Part shown: piece after piece, positions 48,040-58,992 of the stretch
Position numbering within the stretch: the stretch's first letter is position 1
Layout: each line of letters opens with the position of its first letter
Source: Promethearchaeati archaeon SRVP18_Atabeyarchaeia-1
GTDB lineage: Archaea > Asgardarchaeota > Atabeyarchaeia > Atabeyarchaeales > Atabeyarchaeaceae
Assembly (NCBI GenBank): GCA_037308085.1
Contig: CP147779.1
Location: 704,001-768,000, forward strand
Direction of reading: 5' to 3'
Length of the DNA: 64,000 nucleotides
The notes under the pieces: generated by a model
What the model was told of the DNA's origin: nothing
The model's database searches: none
The model's input: the letters and a program-made list of their open reading frames with translations, nothing else
Translations under genes and position numbers: made by a program

Positions 48040-48167
48040 AAACGGAAAAACCCAGCTAGTCTATTCGACTCCACAAAGGTTTAACTATATCGCTATGACC
48101 ATGATTAATTGGCTTGTTTATCTATTCTCTAGTTTGGGTATTCCTAATCCTAAGGAGGCGGATACTG

Positions 48168-49091
48168 ATGAGCTCGCCTGATGTCGAGGATGTCGATTTG
48201 TCGGTGAGGTTGGCTGGACTCAAGATGAGGAACCCGACAATGCTTGCCTCGGGGATTCTTGGCATGGGCAGGTTCACGCTGGAGAGAGTCGCCTCCGCTG
48301 GGGCTGGGGCAGTTGTCACCAAATCGATCGGTCCGAGACCCGAGAAGGGGTACCCTAATCCAACAATAGTTGAAGTAGAATCTGGTTATCTGAATGCCAT
48401 GGGGTTGCCCAACCCAGGCGTCGACGCATACGCGCGGGAGATACTGGAGTTGAAGGAACTGGTGACCGTTCCGATAGTTGGCAGCGTCTACGGAAATACG
48501 CCAGAGGAGTTTGCCGAGGTAGCGTCAAAACTCCAGAAGAGTGGCGCCATGGCAATAGAAGCGAATGTTTCATGCCCCCACGCGAAGGTTGGCTCCTTAG
48601 GTCAGGATCCTGATTGTGTTCGGGAGGTGACCCGCGCCATAAAAGATGCGATCAAGGTTCCGCTGTTCGTCAAATTGAATCCCAATGTGACTAGCATCAC
48701 TGAGATCGCCAGAGCCGCCGAAGAAGGTGGGTGTGATGCAATCACGGCAATCAATACAGTTAAGGGAATGGTGATTGATGTGGACGCACGCTTGCCGATT
48801 CTGGGTAACCGTTATGGCGGTCTCTCAGGACCTGCAATCAGGCCCATCGCGGTGAGATGCGTATATGAATTGTATGAGAAAATCCATGTTCCCCTGATAG
48901 GAGTAGGGGGTGTGGGCGGGTGGAGGGACGCAACCGAGTTTCTCCTCGCCGGGGCTTCATGTATCCAGGTTGGAACAGCGGTGACAAAAGGGCTATCAGT
49001 CTTCGACGAAATTGTGCGAGGGCTACGCGACTACATGAGAAAGAAGGGTCTCAGAACTCTGAAAGAAATCATAGGAAAGGCACACAGATAG
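48168..49091 (+). CDS. pyrD: Dihydroorotate dehydrogenase 1B, catalytic subunit
   Basis: NPTMLASG, VTKS, NAMGLPNPG, NVSCPH, VKLNPN, INT, GGLSGPAI. Confidence 0.96.
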   Translation: MSSPDVEDVDLSVRLAGLKMRNPTMLASGILGMGRFTLERVASAGAGAVVTKSIGPRPEKGYPNPTIVEVESGYLNAMGLPNPGVDAYAREILELKELVTVPIVGSVYGNTPEEFAEVASKLQKSGAMAIEANVSCPHAKVGSLGQDPDCVREVTRAIKDAIKVPLFVKLNPNVTSITEIARAAEEGGCDAITAINTVKGMVIDVDARLPILGNRYGGLSGPAIRPIAVRCVYELYEKIHVPLIGVGGVGGWRDATEFLLAGASCIQVGTAVTKGLSVFDEIVRGLRDYMRKKGLRTLKEIIGKAHR

Positions 49092-49100
49092 ATTGAAGGG

Positions 49101-49907
49101 TTGAGGCACAGGTTGAGCGCAATATCGAGGAATCGCCCAGCACTATGTGAAGTGAAGTCGATTGATGTCGAGGCAGAAGACACCAAGACCTTGAAGATTA
49201 GATGTGAATCCGACTTTTGGGGTGAGGCAAGACCTGGACAGTTTGTCATGGTCTGGATACCTGGCGTCGATGAGGTTCCAATGAGCATCTCTAACGTGGC
49301 AGAGGGAGAAGTGTGGATAACGGTCAAGGAAGTCGGCGAGGCAACCTCAGCCATTCATGGGATGACCAAAGGAGGAACCTTAGGGCTAAGAGGACCATAT
49401 GGAACGAGCTTCACCACGAATGCGAAAAGAGCTTTGGTCGTAGCGGGGGGAATAGGCGCTGCGCCGCTTCTGTTCTTAACGAGAAAGCTAGTCAATGCCG
49501 AGGGCAGGATCACCCTGGTGCTTGGCGCGAGAACTGCCGGAAAGGTCGTGCTTAGAAATGACTTTGGGAAGCTGCTTCGAACGCACAAAAATGCCCGGGA
49601 GTTGGTGACCACCGATGACGGGTCAGTGGGAGAGAAAGGATGTGCAAGCGACTTCGCGACAGCCCTAATTAGGGAAGAGAGGTTTGATCATGTCTACACA
49701 TGTGGCCCTGAGGGCATGATGCAAAAGATCATCAACGCCGCTCTTGGTTTGGGTGTTCATGTGGAGGCGAGCCTCGAAAGGTATATGCGATGTGGAATTG
49801 GGCTGTGCGGAAGCTGTTATGTTGGGAAGTATCTTGTATGCAAAGACGGACCAGTTTTCTCAAATGACATGTTAAAGGAGATAGTCAAACATCTCAAGAC
49901 AGAATGA
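49101..49907 (+). CDS. pyrK: Dihydroorotate dehydrogenase electron-transfer subunit
   Basis: PGQFVMVW, RGPYG, AGGIGAAP, CGPE.M, CGIGLCGSC....CKDGPVF. Confidence 0.95.
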   Translation: MRHRLSAISRNRPALCEVKSIDVEAEDTKTLKIRCESDFWGEARPGQFVMVWIPGVDEVPMSISNVAEGEVWITVKEVGEATSAIHGMTKGGTLGLRGPYGTSFTTNAKRALVVAGGIGAAPLLFLTRKLVNAEGRITLVLGARTAGKVVLRNDFGKLLRTHKNARELVTTDDGSVGEKGCASDFATALIREERFDHVYTCGPEGMMQKIINAALGLGVHVEASLERYMRCGIGLCGSCYVGKYLVCKDGPVFSNDMLKEIVKHLKTE

Positions 49908-49938
49908 TCTGGTTTGAATTTGAGGAGAGAAGGTTAGA

Positions 49939-50409
49939 ATGAGTCCAGTTCAAATGGCTGATATTGCCGCGAAGAGCGACGTGCCCAGAACTGCAATTTC
50001 CGTCGGGAGAATAACACTGAAGTCTGAGACCATAAAGAGGTTGAAAGGCAATTCTATCGAGAAAGGTGATGTCGTATCATGCGCACAAATCGCTGGAATT
50101 CTCTCAGCTAAGAAGACTCACGAGATCATACCGCTGTGCCATCCCGTACCAGTAACTAGTGTAGTTGTCAATATAGATATCGAAGACAATGACGTGATCG
50201 TGACCTCTGAAGTCTCGGCACTGGCCAAGACTGGCGTCGAGATGGAATCATTGACAGCAACCGCTGTGGCTCTTCTCACAGTATGGGACATGACTAAGAA
50301 GTACGAGAAGGATGAGGGAGGGCAATACCCCTCCACGAAGATAAGTGACATACGTGTTCTAAGCAAGATTAAGGGAGCGGGAAAAAAGAATGACTCACGT
50401 GGAACATAA
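49939..50409 (+). CDS. moaC: Cyclic pyranopterin monophosphate synthase
   Basis: MADI..K, KGDV, IPLCHP, TGVEME.L, WDM.K. Confidence 0.96.
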   Translation: MSPVQMADIAAKSDVPRTAISVGRITLKSETIKRLKGNSIEKGDVVSCAQIAGILSAKKTHEIIPLCHPVPVTSVVVNIDIEDNDVIVTSEVSALAKTGVEMESLTATAVALLTVWDMTKKYEKDEGGQYPSTKISDIRVLSKIKGAGKKNDSRGT

Positions 50410-50914
50410 AAGCAAGGTTCCGAGCAAAATAGGTTTTGCCATAGTCGTCGTGAGTGACTCGAGGTACAGGCAGTTCAAAGATGGAGTGAAGATTGAAGAT
50501 GAATCATCTCCAATCGCGGAGCGACTGATCAAGGAGAAGGGGTACGAGTTCCTGACCAAGGAAATAGTTCCTGACGATACCGCTAAGATTGTGGGGGTCC
50601 TCCTTAGGCTAGTTGGCTTGGAAGATTGTGACGTCATTCTCACGATAGGAGGCACGGGTCTCTCTGTGAGGGATGTCACCATAGAGTCGGTTCAAAAACT
50701 GTTGACGAAGGAGGTCGTGGGTTTCGGGGAGGTTTTCAGGAGTCTCAGCTTTCAAAGGATTGGTACCGCTTCCATCCTGAGTAGGGCTTCGGCAGGCGTC
50801 ATAAGAGACAAGCTCATTTTCTGCCTTCCGGGTTCTCCACAGTCCATCGAGCTGGGTCTGAGGGAGCTAATACTTCCCGAAGTAGGTCATATGCTTAGGC
50901 ATATCAGAGAATAA
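50390..50914 (+). CDS. moaB: Molybdopterin adenylyltransferase MoaB/Mog
   Basis: VSDSR, IVPDD, GGTGLS.RDVT.E, GFGE.FR, LPGSP. Confidence 0.93.
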   Translation: MTHVEHKSKVPSKIGFAIVVVSDSRYRQFKDGVKIEDESSPIAERLIKEKGYEFLTKEIVPDDTAKIVGVLLRLVGLEDCDVILTIGGTGLSVRDVTIESVQKLLTKEVVGFGEVFRSLSFQRIGTASILSRASAGVIRDKLIFCLPGSPQSIELGLRELILPEVGHMLRHIRE

Positions 50915-50950
50915 TGCTGCGGCAGGGAATCATGTAGTGGATTTGAGACA

Positions 50951-52186
50951 ATGGGCTTTCACGAGATTGAGAGAAAGATAAGTATTCAGAGTGCCCTTCA
51001 GCTCATCTACTCAAATACAAGCAGGCTGGGGGGTGAAGAGGTCGAAGTCACGGCTTCTCTTGGAAGAATAGTCGGATCAGAGATCAGGTCTTCGATAGAC
51101 GTGCCTCACTTTGATCGCTCAGCAATGGATGGTTTTGCAGTTGTCGCGGAAGATACTTTTGGATGCAGCCAACAGAAACCAGCCACGCTAGTGGTTGCAG
51201 GTGAATCCAGAATGGGTGAGAGCACAGAGATTGAGATCGTTGGGGCCCAATCGGTTGAGGTCGCTACTGGTTCACAGATACCCCGTGGTGCAGATGCCGT
51301 CGTTAAGATTGAGAACACCTCCAGGGTAGGCAATTCCATAAGAGTGTTCTCTCCGGTTACTCCAGGAGAGAACGTCTCCAAGGTTGGGGAGGATGTTAAG
51401 AGAGGAGATATACTAGTAGAATCCGGCGAGGTTGTTCGCCCGCAGGAAATATCGATTCTCCTTGCTTGTGGCATCCGAAGAATCATTGCTGCTAGGAGAC
51501 CACTTGTGGGTGTGATAGCAACTGGAAATGAACTATTGGAACCACAGGGCGTGCCTGTCCCGGGCAAAGTGTTTGACGTCAACTCTTACTCCTTGTCTGC
51601 TTATGTCCAGCAATATGGTGGCATACCTGTAAACATGGGCCTAGTCGAGGACTCCTTCGAAGAGTTGAAAGAGGCGCTTGGAGCAGCATCCACATGTGAT
51701 ATTGTGATTTTTACTGGGAGCACATCTGTGGGAAAGAAAGACATGTTGCCCGAGGTCGTTTCCTCCGTGGGCAAGATAGTATTCCGTGGCGTGTCGATGA
51801 GACCAGGTGGACCAACTGCATTCGGTTTGGTTAATGGAAAGCAGGTTTTCCTGCTACCAGGCTTTCCCGTTGCTGCGATGATATCGTTTGAAACTTTCGT
51901 AGGTCCCACAATGCGCAAGATGATGGGCGCAAAGATCCTAGACATAAGATTGCAGGTGCCAGCCGTTCTTGCAAGTAGAGTACCGTCGGCGCTCGGCAGA
52001 AGAGACATCGTGAGAGTGAGACTCGCTACTGCCGAGGATGGGATCAGAATCGCTTATCCTGTAAGGAGCGCTGGCTCAGGCATAATAAGCAGCATGACTA
52101 GGGCAGACGGAATAATAGAGATACCTGAAGAGATTGAAGGCCTTGAGAAAGGCTCAAACGTGATCGTGAAACTGTTCGTAAGATAG
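50951..52186 (+). CDS. moeA: Molybdopterin molybdo/tungstotransferase MoeA (copy 1)
   Basis: FDRSAMDGFAV, TG..IP.GADAVV..E, TGNEL, LPGFP. Confidence 0.94.
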   Translation: MGFHEIERKISIQSALQLIYSNTSRLGGEEVEVTASLGRIVGSEIRSSIDVPHFDRSAMDGFAVVAEDTFGCSQQKPATLVVAGESRMGESTEIEIVGAQSVEVATGSQIPRGADAVVKIENTSRVGNSIRVFSPVTPGENVSKVGEDVKRGDILVESGEVVRPQEISILLACGIRRIIAARRPLVGVIATGNELLEPQGVPVPGKVFDVNSYSLSAYVQQYGGIPVNMGLVEDSFEELKEALGAASTCDIVIFTGSTSVGKKDMLPEVVSSVGKIVFRGVSMRPGGPTAFGLVNGKQVFLLPGFPVAAMISFETFVGPTMRKMMGAKILDIRLQVPAVLASRVPSALGRRDIVRVRLATAEDGIRIAYPVRSAGSGIISSMTRADGIIEIPEEIEGLEKGSNVIVKLFVR

Positions 52187-52229
52187 GTCTATTTTCACCA
52201 TCTCGTGGTGAGACACAGGAGAATATCGT

Positions 52230-53525
52230 GTGAAGAAAGATGTCTTTTTCAAAATAACTGCGCTGGGAGACGCATTTACTCAACTACAGGAATTTGCAGT
52301 CCCGATATTAGATAGCGAGAGGGTTAGTACCAGAGACTCCTTGAACCGCATACTATCTGCGGACGTACGGTCGCCGACAAATGTGCCCCATTTCGAAAGG
52401 TCGTCAAGGGACGGATATGCTGTGAAATCGTCGGACACATTTGGCGCGGGCGAAGTCAAGCCCATTTTCCTCCAGGTGGTGGGTGAAGTCCTTGCAGGCG
52501 CCAAGGCAAACGGATTGATATCGAAAGGAGAATGCATGAGAATTTCAACAGGCGCCATTGTGCCAAGGGGTGCAGATAGCGTCGTAATGCTCGAATACAC
52601 CGAAGAAGAGGCGGATGGGGTTGGGGTTCATCGCCCCACATCGCCTGGCGAAAACATCATCAAGATCGGGAGTGACGTTAAGGCAGGTGATTACGTTTTT
52701 AGGCGGGGAAGAAAGCTCTCTGCATTTGACTCGGGGGCCCTCGCAGCTCTCGGTTTTTCAGAGATTAGTGTATTCAGAAGACCAAACGTATCGATCATGA
52801 GCACGGGAAACGAATTGCTCAGCGCTGGGCAAGAACTTGAAGAAGGAAAGGTCTATGACATCAACTCGGTGACGATCCACCAAGCAGTGATCGAATCGGG
52901 CGCTATCCCAATAGACCTTGGCATATTCCCGGATGATCCTATCCTTCTGGTGAGCGCGATTAACTCAGCATTAAGTTCGTCCGACGTTATTCTTGCGTCG
53001 GGCGGCACATCAAAGGGTCCTGGAGACCTCTTGCTGAGCGCCATCAAGGAACTTGGCGAACCAAGATTCCTAGTCCATGGGATAGCCATCAAGCCCGGAA
53101 AACCTACAATTCTTGCGTCCATAAAGGATAAACTACTTATCACATTGCCCGGATACCCGACGTCAGCCCTAGTCGTCTACTACGTCCTTGTCGATCCAAC
53201 AATCAGAAAGATGGCTCACGAAGCTCCTTACGCATACCAGAGGGTTAAGGCGCATACATCTACAAGGTTTTACTCCGAAATTGGACGAAAGGAGTTCAAG
53301 CCCTGCAGAATCACAAAGACCGATGCTGAAGGAATCCATGTAGAACCTTCGGTCACGGGCAGTGAAGCAATAAAAACGCTCATCGATGCTGATGGATTCA
53401 TAATCATTGATGAAGAAACCGAGTTCGTCAATGAGGGCCAAGAAGTCGAGTTCTATGTCTTCCCGCACAGACTAGGAGAGGTCAATCGCATTTCGGGTGG
53501 GCCACTTTGGAGAAACCCCGTGTAA
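52230..53525 (+). CDS. moeA: Molybdopterin molybdo/tungstotransferase MoeA (copy 2)
   Basis: FERSSRDGYAV, STGNEL, SGGTSKG..D, IKPGKP, LPGYP. Confidence 0.94.
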   Translation: MKKDVFFKITALGDAFTQLQEFAVPILDSERVSTRDSLNRILSADVRSPTNVPHFERSSRDGYAVKSSDTFGAGEVKPIFLQVVGEVLAGAKANGLISKGECMRISTGAIVPRGADSVVMLEYTEEEADGVGVHRPTSPGENIIKIGSDVKAGDYVFRRGRKLSAFDSGALAALGFSEISVFRRPNVSIMSTGNELLSAGQELEEGKVYDINSVTIHQAVIESGAIPIDLGIFPDDPILLVSAINSALSSSDVILASGGTSKGPGDLLLSAIKELGEPRFLVHGIAIKPGKPTILASIKDKLLITLPGYPTSALVVYYVLVDPTIRKMAHEAPYAYQRVKAHTSTRFYSEIGRKEFKPCRITKTDAEGIHVEPSVTGSEAIKTLIDADGFIIIDEETEFVNEGQEVEFYVFPHRLGEVNRISGGPLWRNPV

Positions 53526-54016
53526 TATGCATCGTAGGACCTGGGAGACACGTTGGGAAAACTGCGGTTCTGACCGAGATTCTCAAAGAGATGAAGGCCA
53601 GAAAACTCTCCGTCGGTACGGTGAAACACATTGGCGAGCGATCATCCTTCAAACTGACAGCTGGCAAAGACACTACCAAGCACCTCGAGGCAGGGTCAGA
53701 TGTAACTCTAGCTGTCACATCATCGGAGATCATAGCCATCAGAAGAGATATTCCACTCACACTGGAATCCGCGCTTTCGCAAATGCCAGGAGAATTGGAC
53801 TATGTCTTGGCGGAAGGGTTCAGACGATCGCAATATCCGAAAATCGTCGTAACCAACTCGGAATCGGAAGATCTTCGAGGCATTGCAGGAGAAATAATAG
53901 CTCTAGTCGTCGATCACAGAAACATAGTTCGAGGCGGGGGAGCAGGTGAAGCAAGTCGGTTTGACGTAGGGTATCTGGTAGAACTGATCCTTGAATACTT
54001 CAAAAACCATCATTAG
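53507..54016 (+). CDS. mobB: Molybdopterin-guanine dinucleotide biosynthesis protein MobB
   Basis: G...HVGKT, TVKH, GKDT..H..AG, AEGF. Confidence 0.88.
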   Translation: MEKPRVICIVGPGRHVGKTAVLTEILKEMKARKLSVGTVKHIGERSSFKLTAGKDTTKHLEAGSDVTLAVTSSEIIAIRRDIPLTLESALSQMPGELDYVLAEGFRRSQYPKIVVTNSESEDLRGIAGEIIALVVDHRNIVRGGGAGEASRFDVGYLVELILEYFKNHH

Positions 54017-54866
54017 CCGTTTTCCCCGAGTCTCCATTCTGGGTCTCGCCTGCCTTGCCAAGTCCCTTCAACGCATCGAGCATCATCCTTCTCAGTTCCA
54101 GCGCAGTGAGGGTCTTTGCCAGACTTGCTTGGGCCTTGCTCAGGGCGTACTCATCGATCTCAAAATCGAAACCATAGTCTATGTCCCATAGGATTAGATT
54201 CTCAGGAGGAGCAGAAGGAACCCCCCTCGGGGGAGGCGTATTCATTGGATCGAATAATCGTTGAACCTCAACTACCCCTAGTAGACCTGAAGCAACACAG
54301 ATCAGTGCTCCGACAATCTTTCTGACCATCCTCCTGAGGAAACTATCTCCTGTGACAGTAATAGAAATCAGCCCATCATTCAGTCTCACCATTGAGAGTT
54401 CAGATATGTCTCTCATCGAGCCGTCTTGGGGTGCTCGGTGGGCGAATCTTCTGAAGTCATGGACACCCAAGAAAAGCTTGCCAGCTTGCGCCATCAAACC
54501 CAAGTTGGATTCGCTCGTAATGCGCAGAAGATACTTGTATCGCCTTCTAAGCGCCAACCGAGGGTTAAATGAGCTAGGAACTCTGGCTCTCGCCCACACT
54601 CTAATCTCGTCACATAATGCTGAATTCAACTCAGCCGGCGTCAACTCTCTTTCTGCATTAACCGCAAAGACATTTCCTAATGCAGAGACAAATCTATCAG
54701 TTCTGCCGGCTGAAGCAAACCTAGCTTTGGAGGGATCTTGAGGCACGGCGCCCGTTTTGACCGAGGCCTTCATGAGCTCGTCTTCGACTGTCCTGACCCC
54801 ACGTTGCCTCTGAGAACCGTAGAATCCTGCTCCATCATAATAGACCTTATACGCATATCTTTCCAC
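54000..54866 (-). CDS. truA: tRNA pseudouridine(38-40) synthase
   Basis: YDG..F.G.Q, AGRTD..VSA.GN, G.HDF..F, SFLRRMVR. Confidence 0.95.
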   Translation of the reverse strand: MERYAYKVYYDGAGFYGSQRQRGVRTVEDELMKASVKTGAVPQDPSKARFASAGRTDRFVSALGNVFAVNAERELTPAELNSALCDEIRVWARARVPSSFNPRLALRRRYKYLLRITSESNLGLMAQAGKLFLGVHDFRRFAHRAPQDGSMRDISELSMVRLNDGLISITVTGDSFLRRMVRKIVGALICVASGLLGVVEVQRLFDPMNTPPPRGVPSAPPENLILWDIDYGFDFEIDEYALSKAQASLAKTLTALELRRMMLDALKGLGKAGETQNGDSGKTANDGF

Positions 54867-54886
54867 TTTCGCGGCCCCGCATCATT

Positions 54887-56254
54887 CTACAACAACCGGG
54901 TCTGCTTGTCTTCCTTGTCCTTCTCTTTGGGCTTCTGGCTCTTCTGGGGCTGGCTTTTCGGTTTCTCCGGCTTGATGAGTTTGACCTTTTTCCCCCCGGT
55001 TATGACTTCTAAGTCTTCTTCCGTCAGATCGAACCACTTAGCTATCTCAGTTGCCGACTTAGCATCGTTCTCAATTATAGTCTGTATGGTAGGAAGATAC
55101 TCTTGCAGAACTTCGTATGTCGATGCGTGGCACTTCGCTTTTAGCTTCAGACAAACCTCTTTCAGGGCGCTTCTCCTTGATCGCGTGTTGCTTAGCCCTC
55201 TAATATAATTCGGAAAGGAGTAATTCACATAACTCTTTGACGGCACTCTTCTCGCCAATGCCACACCAGCACTCATCAGCTGAAACACATAGGACAAAAG
55301 ACCCCAATCTTGGTATTTCCTAATTCTACCCAGAAAAATATCAGCTCTCGAAAGCGCGTCAAATGCTTGGGACAACTCATGGGGATCTGTGAACTCCCTT
55401 GGGATGTTTTCGTATACCCACTGGATCAGCATGTCGTAATCCATGTCCAAGGATTCAATCGACGATATTGCCTTGCTCATGCTTTCAGCGTGGAACATGG
55501 CTCTCAAACCGTCGAAGATGCTCTGTATCCTATCCCTGCGGAAAGAGAGGTTCTTAACATTGGCGAGTGTTAGCTCTTCTCTTCCCTCTGCGACAGCCTG
55601 CAGATCATTGATGGCGGATCTCAAATCGCCGCCTGAGTTGTCTGCAATGCTTCTTAGAGCTTCGGCGTCAGTCTTGATGCCTTCATTCCGACAAATCTTG
55701 CTTAACATATTCAGAATCGTGCTTGCGTGTATCCTCCTGACCTCGATCATGAGGCAGAGGCGGTGGAGGGGCCTAATCTTCGCATCCCATTTGTCATTTG
55801 CCGTCAAGATTATCGGACTCATAGTCTCTTTTACCGCTTCAACAATGGCTGAAACTCCGCCTCTATCCTCGTCTCCGCTCAGTCCGTCTACTTCGTCAAT
55901 CAAGAGGATCCTGCTCTTGGCGTTATTGAACAATGAGCCTAGTGTAGCCGACGAGCAAATGATCTTTCTAACAGTTTCTTTGTCACGCTTGTCACTGGCA
56001 TTCACTTCGACGACTTCATGCCCTGATTCACTCCCAATGGCGTAGATCATACTCGTCTTTCCAGTTCCAGTGGGACCTGACAACAATACTGCTCTCTTAT
56101 CAGGGATTATCCCTGCATCCCAGGCGGACAGCCAGTTTTCTATCTTGGCTATTCCGTCGCTGTTTCCCAGTACCTCGGATCTCTTCTTGGGTGAATACTT
56201 GTCAGCCCAAGTGATGTTACTTCTTGCGGCTGGAACTAGGGATTTATGGCTCAT
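54887..56254 (-). CDS. rfcL: Replication factor C large subunit
   Basis: [37 protein letters not shown]. Confidence 0.95.
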   Translation of the reverse strand: MSHKSLVPAARSNITWADKYSPKKRSEVLGNSDGIAKIENWLSAWDAGIIPDKRAVLLSGPTGTGKTSMIYAIGSESGHEVVEVNASDKRDKETVRKIICSSATLGSLFNNAKSRILLIDEVDGLSGDEDRGGVSAIVEAVKETMSPIILTANDKWDAKIRPLHRLCLMIEVRRIHASTILNMLSKICRNEGIKTDAEALRSIADNSGGDLRSAINDLQAVAEGREELTLANVKNLSFRRDRIQSIFDGLRAMFHAESMSKAISSIESLDMDYDMLIQWVYENIPREFTDPHELSQAFDALSRADIFLGRIRKYQDWGLLSYVFQLMSAGVALARRVPSKSYVNYSFPNYIRGLSNTRSRRSALKEVCLKLKAKCHASTYEVLQEYLPTIQTIIENDAKSATEIAKWFDLTEEDLEVITGGKKVKLIKPEKPKSQPQKSQKPKEKDKEDKQTRLL

Positions 56255-57242
56255 TGCGTACATCACTCTTGGGGGGAGTCATCTTGGTGCCAGCGCTGGC
56301 GAAGTGGGCCAGGAGCGTGCTGAGCTGAATCTCCTCGTTGGCGCCTTGGGTCAAACGGAAATCAATCTCTCCAATTGAATCAGTCAGCTTGATCTTCTCA
56401 GAATCAGGCACTTTAAGGCTAAAAATCTCCCTGTGAATTTGCTTGATAACATCAGTTCCAGAAAGACCGTAGTTTATGAGCAACCCGTGCAACATGTTCC
56501 TGGCTTCCAGGAAATTGCCGCTGAGAGCCAGCTCAAGCATCTTAAGAACCTCTTCAGGTCTAGCTCTGCTCGCGACCCTGTAGACAACCTCGTCACTGAC
56601 CGCCGCCCCCACAGCTGATGCTCCCTGCAGAGCATTTATCGCCCGCCTTAAGTCACCACTGGCAATATAGAGAATCGCTTTCAAGCCCGATTCTTCAAGT
56701 TTCACAGACTCCTTCTCGGCAATAAACCTCAACCTTTGAGCAATATCCTTTTCGTGTAAAGGCACAAAGCGAAAAACAGCGCACCGACTCTGGATGGGCT
56801 CAATTATCTTGCTGGAGTAGTTACAGAGAAGCGTGAATCTGGCATTTCTGGAATAACGCTCCATTGTTCGACGCAGTGCATTCTGAGCGTCCGACGTAAC
56901 TGCATCAGCCTCATCCAGCACAATAATCTTGAAGGGGACATCGCTCAACGCTATTGTTCTGGCGAAATCCTTTATCCTGGTTCTTACAACGTTTATGCCA
57001 CGCTCATCGCTGCTATTAAGTTCAAGTATGTTGCCCTCGGTTTTACCCTTATACAAGTCGTTGGCAAGTGCTAGTATTGCAGTAGTCTTACCCGTACCAG
57101 GCGGACCTGCAAAGAGCAGGTGTGGAACGTTCTTCTCCTTCACAAACATCTTCAGGCGTTCGACAATTTCCTTCTGGTTGGTTATCTCTGAGAGGTTCCG
57201 CGGTCGATACTTTTCTACCCATAACGGAGACTCGTCGCTCAT
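56244..57242 (-). CDS. rfcS: Replication factor C small subunit (no intein)
   Basis: [42 protein letters not shown]. Confidence 0.97.
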   Translation of the reverse strand: MSDESPLWVEKYRPRNLSEITNQKEIVERLKMFVKEKNVPHLLFAGPPGTGKTTAILALANDLYKGKTEGNILELNSSDERGINVVRTRIKDFARTIALSDVPFKIIVLDEADAVTSDAQNALRRTMERYSRNARFTLLCNYSSKIIEPIQSRCAVFRFVPLHEKDIAQRLRFIAEKESVKLEESGLKAILYIASGDLRRAINALQGASAVGAAVSDEVVYRVASRARPEEVLKMLELALSGNFLEARNMLHGLLINYGLSGTDVIKQIHREIFSLKVPDSEKIKLTDSIGEIDFRLTQGANEEIQLSTLLAHFASAGTKMTPPKSDVRNEP

Positions 57243-57501
57243 TTGTCATAATCCCCCTGTTGATTCTGGTTGAAGATTGGTGATAGCGTCACATGTAAAC
57301 AAGCTACTCGGTACTCTGTCAAGATAGATGAAATGGAGCACATAATTAAGTCTTACCTCGGGGAGGACGCATATTTACGAGTCTGTGTGGGCGGTTCATT
57401 CTGAGAACTACAGAAATCGGGGTACGGCTGGTTAAAGGGGTGGCTAGGGAGGTTCTCATCAATTCCCTAGATAGATTTGGAAACGGTGAACGCCCAAGTC
57501 T

Positions 57502-58992
57502 TCACTCGTTGATCATAGATTTAGTGCGGAAGTCACCAACATGGTAGAACTTGGGGACGCAGAAGTAGGGGGTCCAGTATTTGGCGCCTGGCGGCCATCC
57601 ACTTGACTTCCTGCCTCCGAAGGGCAGGGTGATATCCTGGTACTGTGGGTCCTCGTTTATGAAAGCTATCGCCACGTCAATTCTCTTCACAATCTTCATG
57701 GCAAGGTCGGTGTCTTCACAGTATATGCCTGTGCGCATTCCGTACTGGGTATCATTTGCGAGCTGAACGGCTTCGTCAACCGTTTCGAACTCCAGTATGC
57801 TTCTGGCTGATCCAAACGATTCCTCCATCCACATGAAAGGTTTCTCAACCATGCTTTGCGACCGGACGTGCTTCTTGTCCAGTTTTATGAGGGTGGGGGG
57901 ATAAAATGGATCTTCACGTTTGCCTCCCATGAGAAGTTTTCCATCCTTCTTGACGGCGTCCTGAACCATGAAGTCTATGGTGTCGATGATCCTCTTGCTG
58001 CCCAGCGGTCCGATCTCGGTCTCTGGATCCATTGGATCTCCGATTTTCAGCTTCAACGCTTTCTCAACGATCTTGTCAGAGAGATCCTTTACTATGTCCT
58101 TGTGCGCCAGTATCCTCTTCATCGAGAAACATTGTTGTCCACTGTTCGTGAAGCTTCCTCTTACAACCATGTCAGCGACTTTGTCCACGTCGACATTATT
58201 CATGATTATTCCGGCGTCATTTCCAGCCATCTCGAAGAGTAGCAGCTTGAACTTGCCATTGATGAACAAGCCACCTTCGAAGAAGGGCAGTTTCGTCGCC
58301 GTCGACTCCATATATTTCCCGTAGTCTATCAAGAGTTTCTTGCCCACATGGCTACTGCCAATGAAGGCGAAACAGTCAATCAGGGGATTGGATATGAATT
58401 CGGTCGTTGCTTCATCCCCTGGCATCAGGCAGACTTCGGTGCTCTCGACTGCCGGCATTCCTTCCACTTCTGAGGCGATCTCGAGGACCTTGAGAGGTGT
58501 TAGGGGAACTGCGCTTGAAGGCTTGATTATCACACTGTCCCCAGCGAGCCACGATGCGCCCGCTATGTACATTGGGAGGCTCATGGGAGTGTTCCTAGGT
58601 GAAAGGCCAGCAACCAACCCGATGGGTTCATACGTCATTACGTTCTTTCCCGCGATTGCCTCGACTTCCTTATCCTTTATCATGTCCGCTTGAACGTCGC
58701 ACGTCAGATATCCGTGCTGTATCATTCCGCAGTCCCATTTAGCATATTTGTACGGCAACCCGCCTTCTTTGACTATGAGCTCCACAAGCTCCCTCTTGTG
58801 CATTCTAACTGATCTGCCGAGCCTTCTGATGAATTCTATGCGCTCACCTAAGTCGGTTTTCCTCATTTTCTCCTTGGCATCGCTAACCTTCCTAATCTTC
58901 TCTCTCAGAACATCGATGGTATCCGCCTGGACCTCCTGTATCACTTCGCCTGTGTACTTATTCGTCACTGATATGACAGATGAGCCAGCCAT
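57502..58992 (-). CDS. NAD(P)-dependent aldehyde dehydrogenase
   Basis: P.N.P, KPSS, FIGS..VG, catalytic Glu in EMAGND, catalytic Cys in GQQC, EE.FG, PFGG.K.SG. Confidence 0.92.
   Translation of the reverse strand: MAGSSVISVTNKYTGEVIQEVQADTIDVLREKIRKVSDAKEKMRKTDLGERIEFIRRLGRSVRMHKRELVELIVKEGGLPYKYAKWDCGMIQHGYLTCDVQADMIKDKEVEAIAGKNVMTYEPIGLVAGLSPRNTPMSLPMYIAGASWLAGDSVIIKPSSAVPLTPLKVLEIASEVEGMPAVESTEVCLMPGDEATTEFISNPLIDCFAFIGSSHVGKKLLIDYGKYMESTATKLPFFEGGLFINGKFKLLLFEMAGNDAGIIMNNVDVDKVADMVVRGSFTNSGQQCFSMKRILAHKDIVKDLSDKIVEKALKLKIGDPMDPETEIGPLGSKRIIDTIDFMVQDAVKKDGKLLMGGKREDPFYPPTLIKLDKKHVRSQSMVEKPFMWMEESFGSARSILEFETVDEAVQLANDTQYGMRTGIYCEDTDLAMKIVKRIDVAIAFINEDPQYQDITLPFGGRKSSGWPPGAKYWTPYFCVPKFYHVGDFRTKSMINE

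Larger units (their letters stand above)
46620..48053 (+). mobile_element. IS607-type element: tnpA 3' remnant plus tnpB plus structured right end (boundaries approximate)
   Basis: TnpA-like motif at 46643-46684, full tnpB, and 10-bp right-end stem TAGAAACGCG/CGCGTTTCTA; interrupts the nop5-pyrD divergent region. Confidence 0.7.

Noticed and set aside
54887-57242. Inteins in RFC subunits
   Set aside because: The motifs are contiguous and the lengths are normal.
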